Part shown: positions 1-10,891 of the stretch, piece after piece
Position numbering within the stretch: position 1 is the stretch's first letter
Layout: each line of letters opens with the position of its first letter
From: Takakia lepidozioides
Lineage: Eukaryota > Plantae > Bryophyta
Assembly: GCA_030704615.1 (NCBI GenBank)
Contig: CM060733.1
Coordinates: forward strand, 57,536,001 to 57,600,000
Direction of reading: 5' to 3'
Length of the DNA: 64,000 nucleotides
Notes under the pieces: generated by a model
Databases searched by the model: none
Seen by the model: the letters and a program-made list of their open reading frames with translations, nothing else
What the model was told of the DNA's origin: nothing
Program-made: the position numbers and the translations under genes

Positions 1-199
1 GAATTTCGCCGCATGCAACCTTCCACAGGTACTGGCTTTTACATGGCGCACCGCGCCTAAGCTATGGGCTTGATCCATCCTCATCCCTCTTCCTCGGAGC
101 ATCTTCCTTCTGCTATCAACTCCGCTCTAAACTCCTCGTTGCAGCCCACTCTACCTCAGGATATTACCGGAATTTCCATTCCTCAGTGTTCCTCACCCC

Positions 200-3100
200 C
201 CGAGCTTGGGTACTGACCACGACGATGGGTCGTCAGGTGAAGTTGCAACGTTGCACAGGGCTATGAACAAGAACCACCCCCTTGTTGACATTGAGATGAA
301 TCAGCTGGACAGTCAAGTTGAAGATGTTAAGAGCAGAGGTGTCCTCTTGTACTTCCCGGGTAAGAAGGTAGGTAGGGCGTTCGCGCGCGAATGGGCAATC
401 GGGCATATGGGGGGCTCGGGAGATTTGAATCTGCATTTTCGTCATGCCAGGGGTAGGCGTTTCTTCTAGGTAATATTGGAGTCTGAAGAGGCAGCGGTCA
501 AAGCCCTCTCCTTTAATCCCCATCTGCATGGATTTAATGTGAATATTATTTCCTTGGTCCATGGATATGGGGAACAAAAGTATGGAGTCCTAGGATCATC
601 TCTCTCCCCTACATTCCAGATCAATAACTATTCAACATTCCTGATATTGGCAACTTTGGGCTCATACATTTGATGCTTGGCGATGTTCGATCCCAATATG
701 TGCACTCGAGCTTTGAGGGCAAGTCCGGCCTGGAAAGGGGCCACCATTGCATCAAGACCTCATGAAAATGGTTTTCCTAAAATCGTTGTGATGATGCCAA
801 ACGACTCTATTACGCCAGAATTCATCAAACTACCAATTGACACCAAGGGGAACTACTTCTCGGTCAAAATTTCCGAAGTCACTTCGTCCTCAGCTTGTTA
901 CTACTATGGACTGTCCGGGCATCCCAGGGCGGACTGTCCCAAAGCAAAAAGAAAAAGAGATGGTGCTAATCTGTTGGGGGCCAGGCAAACACCCCTTACT
1001 CAAAGCCATCCTGCTACCCCAACACACACCAAAGTGGGCTACTTAAATCATCACTTCCCAACATCCCACCACCCCATGCAACAGTTGGCCTCCGATGTCC
1101 AGCAAATGTCTACCTCCCCTCCAGCAAAGAAAAGGACAGATACGATGGACCCCATGCTACTTGAAGCTACCTCCACACTGGTCACTAATAGTACTCAGAA
1201 GCACAAAGGCATTATTGAATTGGAGATGGAAGCTGCAGCCAACAAAGGGAAGCCCGACGCTTCCACCTCCAGGATCTTAAAGAGGCAACCGGCTGTCCAA
1301 GCTCCCCCGCCTCCCCGCCCTTCGCGGCCCATAGCGCACAACCCAGTCATTGCAAGAATCTGCGCCAAATTGAGATCTTTCCCGGGATTGGCACTCAGAG
1401 GTTGTTCACATGTTCTCTTAAATGCGTCCACGGATCCACTGGCTACTTGCCTCCAATGATCTTCAGGAGGAAGCCATCTCCAGCTTTTCTGGTTACAGCG
1501 ATGGACAGGATGCACATGGACTCCATCTGGATCACAGTCAGGGACGTCCAATCCTTCATAGCCAAATGCCACATGGGTAATAGTCCCATCCCCACCATGT
1601 GCAACAAGATCTAGGAGTACTTCAAAGTCAGATACCCAATTTACTCTCTGCCCCCCCAATCCGCAGTCACATTGGGCACTTATGTGGAGGCTTTCCCAGG
1701 TCTCTGCAGTGATCTTACCCCCAACACCCATATTCTAGCGCTTATGGACAAGGAGCACCTGGTGTCCAACCAATGCACATTTCCAGGGGTTCGGGCAGAT
1801 CCGACACACTTCAACGACCCATGTGCCTCTAGCAAGACCCGGACCAGAACAAGAGACACTACTTTCAATGCATTCACTATTCTTCATGCAATCTTGGAGT
1901 CAGAGGTAGATGCAGCAAATGAAGCAATAGAAAGGCAACGCCTTGCAGAGCCTCTCAACCCATCATACGACCCCTTTGGCTCCACATGTCAAAATCCAGC
2001 TCTTCGGATTTGCAGCTCTCTCAGCTTTGTTCTCAGCGGGCTCCAGTCTCCACCCAGCTATCTTATCACCCCGACCCTCCAGCGCAGGCCTTGCAAGAGC
2101 TGCTACCATCCCCAACTCCTGCACCGCTTCCACCCACATCCATCCCTGTAAGTCCCCTCCCTCCCCCCCCATCAATCCCATTGCTCATCTTCACTGTGAA
2201 TGCTAACAATCGGCGTAGGTGCAAGATTTTATGTCGCCAGCCTGACACCTTGCTTCCCACCTCCTGGAAAATCCTCCCCACTATTTCCTCTCTCGCCCCC
2301 CCCCTGGTGACTTGGAGTGGCATGATGTCTCGGTCCATCCGGAACATAGATTCTGAGTAGACCAACTGCATTTGCAGATTGCGGTATAGCAAACTCCATC
2401 ATTTGTTTATGGGTGCCCTGAACTACCCGTTGGGTCTTTTTGTCTACACATATTTTGCATCACTATGAATGAGTGGCCGGTGTTTTGCACCAGGGTGCGT
2501 ATCCACTGATTGCATCGTTTCATCTTCTCTCATGCCTTTGTCTTTCAATTGTGTTGCCGATTTTCCAAAAATGCAGTGCACCGCTTCAACCATCATAGAA
2601 CCTAGCCAATGTGTGGGAAAATGTGAGCTTCTTGGATCCAAGCATCCTTTCATCGCTCATCTCTTCGGCTTCTATTTAGAGCTAGCTGGGATCAAATTAA
2701 AAGAGGTTGTGCTGCCCTTGCTTGTCAGTGGTGGCTGTACATCTCAAGACCTCCCGTGTTGGTTCGGGTCTTCTAGTGATCTTGCGGTCACTGCATTCCT
2801 AGCGATTGCCTCTGTGGACTCTACATGGCAGTTGTCTTCAACGCTGCTCAGGATGGAAGACTTTCCTTCGTTGGTCCTGGCTTCTTGGCCCATGATCTTG
2901 TTTACAAAATTCGGATCATTGATTGTCATTCTGGCTCTCCGGAGCTTCGGCCATCTTCTATTTGGAGAGGAACTCGTCTGGACCCACACTGCATCGTTGA
3001 TTTGGTTCCTCAGATTCCCTCTCAGCAGACTGCAACTCGATCATGGGGAATGGACTTGGGTGGACGAGGCCAAAACCCCTTTTGCTGGGTTACTCGGTCA

Positions 3101-4067
3101 GGATGAGCTATAAGCTTCTGCTCGGCCATGGCAGCTTTGATGCCAAGTGGAACCATAAATGGAATCATCCCACCCCCTGTTTAATTGGAAGCATATATGG
3201 AGAGACATTTGGCTTAAACAAAGATCTGCTAAGGTCAGCAGCTTTCTGTGGAAAGGAGCCAACCGAATCTTGCCAGTGGCTGCATTCTTTGACAATGGCT
3301 CTCCATCCTATGCAAGATGGGACTCTCTCCCGGTTCCTAGTCCCAATAGGGTCCCAATCTTTGCTTGCTTAATACTCATAATGGCTCAATTTGGAAGTCA
3401 TGCCCCATTCGGGCCTGCCTGCGTGCTCACACTTTATGGTCAATATGGAGAGCCAGGTGTGTCTGTGTGTTTGAGGGGAAGAGCCCCAACATCAGATTAA
3501 TTTTACATAAAAAAATATTCTCAGATCTGATGACTGAGGGGCGTAAGCGTGGGTGTCATTGCAAGCAACTTCCCGCAGGTGCAGCGACAGGAGGCGAACC
3601 CAACTGCTCTCGGCTTTCGGCAAAAGACAGTTTCTTTCTGCTCCCGGGTCTCTGATTCAAGAATCGTTTGGAATGATGATTTCCCCAGGCAATTGGAAGT
3701 TGTCCGCTGAGGCTGACCATCCCGAAGTCAATTGGCGCCATCAGAAGCTGCGCCTTCCTAAGTCCAAAGCCCACCTTGACTTCAGCGGTGTCTAGTGTTG
3801 CTCAGCTCCGGTCTTCCGTCCTTCCTGTTACTTGTTCTTCTCTGGTCCCTGTTAGTCTTTAGCTCGATTTCACTTCTCCCGCTTCCTCTCTGGATATTTT
3901 CCCACTCCTCTCCCCCTCCCCTTTGGTTCATGGGTGTTCCCCATGCATTTAGCTTTACGGCCCTCTAGGAGGTTATTTTTTCCTCCTCTGTACCCCCGCT
4001 TCTTCAATAAAGATTAATCAGAGCATCCATCCCTTCTTTAAATAAAAACAAAAAAAAGGAAAAAAGA
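200..4067 (+). mobile_element. Degenerate, internally deleted LINE (L1-like) retrotransposon
   Basis: ORF 677-1459 has a decayed gag zinc knuckle (CYYYGLSGHPRADC). 3043-3655 encodes zf-RVT-like segments in shifted frames (YSVRMSYKLL; WKHIWRDIW..KVSSFLWKGANRILP; LWSIWRAR..VFEG). The 3' UTR contains GAGGTTATTTTTTCCTC and an A-rich tail at ~4040-4067. No recognisable endonuclease or RT core lies between them. The 5' boundary is uncertain. Confidence 0.75.
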
Positions 4068-4814
4068 AATGTCGAGAAGAGCCTTTCCAAACTGACTGGG
4101 AGGGCCACTGGATCCATCGTCCTGGGGGGTTTCTTTCTCCCCCGCCCCCACCTTAACATCCGATACATCCAAGATCTACCAGAAAACGTCAGCATTCATC
4201 CAGAAACGGCCATCCACGGGACGGTATGTGGTGAAAGAAAGGGGCTCCACAAGTCATGCCCTCCAGTTAGTAGTATGATCATAGAGAACCCTACCCACGC
4301 CGCAGCGGAAGGGAAGACATGGACAGGGTCATATATGCTTCAATCCGCGACGATCGTATGTGATTGCATATGGAGGCACGATCCCTACATCAACCCACAA
4401 TCGCACACCTCCAGGGATGATAAATCCCGTGGAAAGATTTCAAATACCTATCCTCATGGGAATTTCATAATACAGAGCATGATTCCACTACTCAATGCCC
4501 ATCCGGCACATTCACCTCTTGTACGCTCGTTATCTTTTCACTTTCCGTTTTCCAAGAACAGGTTCCTTGCTACTTCCAACATAGTGCTCCGCATTATTCA
4601 GCCATGAGATGCATCACTGGAGCAGCTTGTTACTGCAGACCACACTAGCATGCATCAAGAGAGAGATGAACTAAGACACCCCATGATCCCTAACTTCATG
4701 CACCTCTCTTCCTACAGAATGAGAACCCTCAATGCTTACATGGCCATGCTGTGATATGACAGAAACCAGTGAACACTCACATCAGCCCATGACTCGACAA
4801 TGCAGCCTAATTCC

Positions 4815-5461
4815 AGATGGTGAGGATGCCGCAGACACCGACAAACGAACTTCCACATCTCTGTCACCTCCTGGCGCTTTGGCTTCTTTGTCTGCAGTGT
4901 CTCCATCACCAAGCAGATTTGAGTCCCCTTCTCTTTGTCCAGAACGTGTTTCAAATACGCAGGAGATCGACTGTCCCTCAAAACCAGAGAGCACCTCCAT
5001 GCCTAACCTGGTGTGAAGTCTAGACCTCCCCCACTTCCAAACGAGGAATCTTGTCCCCGAAGCATTACTGTCGCATCCGTTTCGCAGTCATCAAAGTCCG
5101 GCTTCACGAAGTTCTGATCTGCGCGTAAAGTTGCAAGTGCAACACTAGTAGGTGCAAATACTCTTTCGATCAGATTCGAATCGTCTTTCGTCCAAAGACG
5201 AAGGAGATGGTGAAGATGCCGCAGACACCGACAAACGAACTTCCACATCTCTGTCACCTCCTGGCGCTTTGGCTTCTTTGTCTGCAGTGTCTCCATCACT
5301 AAGCAGATTTGAGTCCCCTTCTCTCTGTCCAGAACGTGTTTCAGATACGGAGGAGATCGACTGTCCCTCAAAACCAGAGAGCACCTCTATGCTTAACCCC
5401 GGTGTGAAGTCTGGACCTCCCCCACTTCCAAACGAGGAATCTTGTCCCCGAAGCATTACTG
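4815..5461. repeat. Near-identical ~256-bp direct repeat (4815-5070 and 5205-5461)
   Basis: Both copies run AGATGGTGA(G/A)GATGCCGCAGACACCGAC...CCCCGAAGCATTACTG, offset by 390 bp. Confidence 0.9.
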
Positions 5462-6703
5462 ATTACCTAAAGGAGAACTTTACGTTTGAAGGGAAGGCAC
5501 CCTGACATCTAAAACCTGATTTTGTCCTTAGATCCTTAGGTCCGGATTTTTAGATGCGGTGTCCAAATTTGTAGTTTTACCCTTAAATATATGTGCTCAA
5601 AGCTTTAACACCATTGTACAACAAGCTCCAAGCCAAGAAAGCGCACAACATTATAGGGTTCCTAATCTTTAGTGCTGGGTGGCTTGTCCATATCCCTCAT
5701 TCTTTTGGCACTTGTTGAGTAAAAACCTATTCAACCATAGACGCCAGAATCCACCGGGTGGTCTCCTCTGCCAGGCACCCAGTCCTTGACTTCTTCGGTA
5801 TGCCTTGTAATTTTGCATCATGACAAGGGGGGATGCTATTGTGTGAGCAGATCCCGCGAGCAGAAAATTGCGTGAGCAAAAATCTGCTCACGCTTGAGGA
5901 CCTGCCTACCTATAACCGCGGACGTCCAGTCGACTTAGAAGACCTATTACTGCGCAGAGTGGCCAGTATCATAAGGTCGGATATGGATGCTGCTTGGATG
6001 AATGAGGGATGAATGTCGGATGAATGTCTGTGTAACGAATGAGAGGTGGATGAATGACATAAATGAAAGATTAGATAGTTGTTTGTAGTGGTAGCTCCCA
6101 AAAGCTCGGAGATGCATGAAACCATACTTGTCTTGCTTGAAAATCAATTATGTCGGGTGCAGTGTATATTGCAAACTTTGAGTCCACATTGCTTTGTTGA
6201 TTGAGAAGGACCACATGTCATTTTCCCAGTTATACAAGGTTGATAGAGAGGATCACATCCAATCATGAGGAAGGCAAACAGGTGAACTCTTGGTTTTTAA
6301 ACAAACCCTTCACAAGAATCGATTCATTCAGACAAAGAAGATCCATTGCTACAGGACGCACTGTTCAGGACGAAGGCAGAACTGTCTACAAAGATGCTAG
6401 CCCTGCTCTGCTGAAAACCATGTCTTTCGTGTAGCAGAGAAGGTGGAGATGCCAGCAGACTATACTCCTTAGCCGCAGCCTCCGCATAAGCTGGCAAATG
6501 AAATTGTGCTGGAGGACTTGGAAAAAAAATCCGGATTGGCAAAGAAGGGCAGAAACCGTGGCGTCATAGGACTCCTGCAACCACACAGTAATGAGTAAAA
6601 TTGGTAAATACTCTGGAAGCCAAACTGCAGCCAAACAAAGGAGCACCAAAAGGATCCGTCATGGGGTCTATGAGTTGCCACAAAAGAACATGCACTTACT
6701 CAC

Positions 6704-7702
6704 ATGAAAAATCCGAATCCTCATCCAGAGCATCCGGCTCTTGCAGATCCTCCTCCTCAACTTAATCTTCTCAATCTGGGTCGAATGCGAGGATCCCTCA
6801 GAGAGTGGAGCGATGACTCGAGAGTAAAGCTCCTCGTCCCCCTCAAACCCAAAAAGATGTCTTCCTGCACACTTGCAGGCATGGAACGAAGCCCCTGTAG
6901 GATAGCGAATGAAAGCACGAAACCATGTCAGAAGCCAAAATAGGAGAGGAACATGTGCAACGAAGAATGGAGAAGAGTTTCGGCATGCACCTGTGCCTAT
7001 GGAGAGGTCAACCACTTTGCCACCATGCCGGCTGCATGTCTCAATGAAGGTCTGCATGAACGCGGGCGACTTCTCCCGGGCACCTCTCCATGGAATTCCT
7101 CCAGTCTTTTTCAGAGTCTGGGACGCATCCACATAGTTGTGAACAACATCAGATTTGACTGGGTCGCAATTTGGGTCTATGTGCAAACCTCCTCCCCAAA
7201 TGTCGAAATGCCCAACATAAGCAGGAGTGTTGGCAGGCCGAATTCATGACAGGCAAATGGCCTTGAACACATGGGTTTGCACCAGCAACAATGGAAATAT
7301 GTCAGCAACTATGGGTATTCAACGACAACATGGACGAAGACAAATGAAAGTTACAGGAAATACCTTCTGCCCTGGAAACTCCCTCTTTGACAGAGGCAGT
7401 GTATTAACACATCTCCATATTTTGTTGATTTGGAACCCAGAGGACTTCATGTAGCTATGAAGAGTCCGGCAGGATGCCATGTCATCAGATTGAAATATCA
7501 GAAGGCCCCCTGCGTCAGAGAGGAACTTGTTGCAGAAAGAGAATGCCCACTGCCAATACAGAGGGTTTTGAGCATTCCACTGTGGAGTCACAGCAGGGGG
7601 AATGATATCAAGCACAGGCTGCCCATCCAGGATGTCAAGGATTACAAGGTCAGCGGCGTAAGGCTGCTGGACACCGTTCACCCAGCATGGATTCTTCGTC
7701 AC
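6704..7702 (-). CDS. Exons encoding an N6_N4_Mtase-like (beta-class) DNA methyltransferase domain
   Basis: Motifs in beta order: IV-like ADLVILDILDG, KFLSDAGGLLIF (cf. RVLKPGGxLxI), X-like EKSPAFMQTFIETCS (cf. QKPxxLxxxLIxxxS), SAM-binding motif I GGKVVDLSIGTG|AS (split by a GT-AG intron at ~6989-6895), then ACKCAGRHLFGFEGDEELY (cf. AAxxLGRxxIGxExdxxY). Confidence 0.75.
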
Positions 7703-8627
7703 CTGCCAAAAGCAAATGCAAGCGAATCAAATTGGGTAGTTGGTGTACATGTAGGGAACTGGTAGTACAAAGCACTAGTGGATCTTAATCCAGCAAATCC
7801 AAAACCCCACAATGTCATGAAATGGGAATCAAAGTTGAAAGATGCATGGGCATTACCAGGGTGAGGAAAGAGCAGAGGTGGTCCCATGCAGGAGATTTGA
7901 CCCCTGTGAATGTGGACTTCCTGGACTCCATCATACGCAGGAAGCTGACGTTTGTCGTTTTCCGCTGGAACTGCGGACCCACTACTCTGGAGACACAAAG
8001 TCGGGCTTCGTAAGGTCGTTTCCCTGCCCTATGGTTAGTCCTTTCATCAGTTGTCATGGAAATCTGCTGGACCTCTGTACGCACAATGCGATGATCTGCC
8101 TGTGGGCGATCCAGAATTGCCCCACCAGTCCCTGCAGGCCCTGACCCAGAATCAACGGCAGCCGCAGCACCAGCAGACCCACCTACCTCCGCAGTCTGTT
8201 TCCCTTTGTTTTTCTTCTTCCCACCCGCGGGGGTGGCCGTCTTTGCTGGCTCCTTCTTACTCAGCTGCGCAAGGAACCTAGCCTGCAACTCCTCATCTGT
8301 CCGGGGTGCCAAGGCATCTGCATTCTCATTCTGATTCCTCAAGACGTTCTCCTCCCACGGAGTGGACTGCCGAGGGCAGTCGAGGTACCACCCGTAGTCG
8401 CTGTAATGTGCCCAACCCCAGTCCTTCACAATTCCCGCAGTGAACATAGTGGTGTCGTCATCTGGGTTCACCCATCCATGAATAAAGTCCGGATCATCAC
8501 TAAGAGCCTTATCTGGAATAAGAACAAAGTTAAAGTACCTACATCCACACCAGTGTTCTTCCTCTAAGCATATATCCCCACAGACCACAAGAACTCACCT
8601 GTTCACTGCATATTTGCAGACTACACA

Positions 8628-9093
8628 TTAAGATGTCATTGACGACATCTTAAGATCCACGAACTTGAACAAAAATTGAAGAGATACAGAACAACAGAAA
8701 ACAGACATGCTCAACTGAACTATTTCCGAGAGCCCAAAGAACAGCCATTTAAGATGTCGTCAACGCCATCTTAAATCGACCCCTACGCACATGGTATTTT
8801 TTCGTTGTCTGTCGAAAAATGACTTGCTGGACTACAAAAGGATGCCTGTTTTAAGATGTCGTTGACGACATCTTAAATTGCAGGAAGCACAACAAAACAA
8901 TGAAGACCTGCAGATGAACAAGAAATAGATGTGTGCAACTGTTCAGTTTTGAAGAGCCCAAAGGGCACCGATTTAAGGTGTCGTCAACGCCACCTTAAAT
9001 CAACCTAGTACATACATCGAATTCTTTGTGTAGTACCGAAAAATTGCTATTTGCACTACAGCCTGTTTTAAGATGTCGTCAACGACATCTTAA
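8628..9093. repeat. Intronic array A: five 26-bp palindromes TTAAGRTGTCGT(CA/TG)ACGMCAYCTTAA
   Basis: Copies start at 8628, 8749, 8851, 8973 and 9068, about 95-122 bp apart. Confidence 0.95.
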
Positions 9094-10246
9094 TATAGTG
9101 CCATCAACATAAAAGGCAGTACTTGTACAAAACTCGTTTCATTGCCTGCTCCCCATTATACTGATGGTCAAAGTCCTGCGAGCGCAGTATTCCCCCTTCC
9201 TTCTCGAACTCACGGAAAAATGCATACTTCCACAGCTCTCTTCTCCATTTCCGAACATATGACTGGAACTTGATGCTTGGAATGGTCATTGTGATCTTGT
9301 AGTCCAATAGTGATTTTTCAAAAGTTTCAATTACCCGCTTCTCCAGCTGCACAACCATCCGCCACAATTTGAGTTAATAAGAAACCATGTACTCATTGCT
9401 GGAACAGTCACAATGCTTTTATAGTCTCACCTGGCTCCAGAAGGTCGCTTTGTGCAACCAAGTGTCGAATGCGCGGTTGCTGACAGGTGTCACCACCCCA
9501 GTCTCAGGGTCCTTCATTGGTTTTGGGAAATTGTTTGTATCCCGGATGATCGGATCCGAGTTCCAGATTTCCAGCCACCTCACTTTCTGAGCAGGGTCAA
9601 TCATGGAAATTGAAAGGCAGTGGAGCTTTTCCTGTGTCATCTCTGGCTTAATGGGCTTGTTCCAGTGGATCCAAACCTGCTCTAGAAACCCCTTTCCCAA
9701 TCCGGGGTCAGCGATTCGAATGTGTTTGTCGAACGCGCTCTTGAGGTTCTTCCTGCACGTATCCATGTCCGCCTTCATTTTTGCCTCCACCCCGTTTGCC
9801 GTTCTCTCATCCTCATCTGTAGTGGCGTAATACTCCCGCTTGGCTTGTTCGCCAGCTTCTGCTATTTCTTGTTGTGACACACCCAAGTAACCCTCGTGAA
9901 CAACAAAACCAAAGCAAAAACATGACATAGCCATAATTCAAGAAGAATGGCAGTCCGCACATAAACTCACCGCGTACAAGTAGTCGAGAAACACCTCCCT
10001 TGTCAGGTTGTACCAAGTCTCAGTCTTCTTGATCGTTTGGCACTTCTTCAGTGTGTCCGGGGACAAGACACTCGCAAACGTTTCCAATGGCATCACTCCT
10101 ATGCTTTGCATACGAAACAAGGAATAGACTATGTTGGTGGTGACATGGGATGTCTCCGTCCCCCTGCAATGCGAACAGGTCAGTTGACAAAGTTTAAAGA
10201 TTGACAGAACAATGAAATTGGAGACAAGAAGTGGGCAAGACTCTTA

Positions 10247-10850
10247 TTTGTTGATATTGTGCATTGCAGTTAGAAGTTGCGTGAACTTCCCCTCCGGATC
10301 GAGGACCATTGATTGAACCCGATAGTGCCACTCTTTGTTCTCCGCATACATCCTGCTGATGTACTCCATCCAGGGCACCAAACGGTGGTTGCCATCCCAG
10401 ACAAAGAACATTTTGTTCATGTACTGGACGTGTGCTGGGTTCTGTGAAAGCTCAATCCCAAACTCCGTATTCACTTCTTTCCAAAGCGGGTCCCAACTGT
10501 CCATTACATCGAGGTCCACCAATTTCTCAGATCCCTGGAGATCAGTCAGTGACACGTAAAACACAGCAGAACCCTTCAAGTACCCATGGATAAAACCCCC
10601 ATGTAGCTTCTTCATGTCGTGGTGAAGGGCAGGCCGAACTGCTGGCATAGAAATCATCCGGCACAGAGGAATGAAAAGAGTGTCGTCTTTCACTTCCATG
10701 GAGTTGATGACTTTCCTCGAGTTCACCTTGGTGGTGTACATAAGAGAGTGCACCTTGGCTTCAAAGTTGGCGTCCACAACAACGTCCCTGTCTTCAAGAA
10801 CAACTGTTTCCTCTGCAGGCTGGCTTCCCCCGGCTTTCTTTCTCTTTTTT
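10247..10850 (-). CDS. Exon encoding a ParB/sulfiredoxin-like domain
   Basis: IPLCRMISMPAVRP (box-I-like Arg) and MFFVWDGNHRL (ParB/Srx DGxHR box II), preceded by a basic KKRKK NLS-like stretch. Confidence 0.65.
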
Positions 10851-10891
10851 TGCAAAATGCAATGTGTTAGGACACACAAATCATGGCACGA

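Noticed and set aside
8516-8610. Micro-exons in the ParB-MTase gene (e.g. 7-nt TGAACAG at ~8599-8605)
   Set aside because: Restoring the frame would need implausibly short introns; this cannot be supported without transcripts.
6704-10850. Bacterial contamination or a restriction-modification operon
   Set aside because: The coding segments are split by GT-AG introns, including within motif I, are embedded among plant transposons, and no endonuclease partner is visible.
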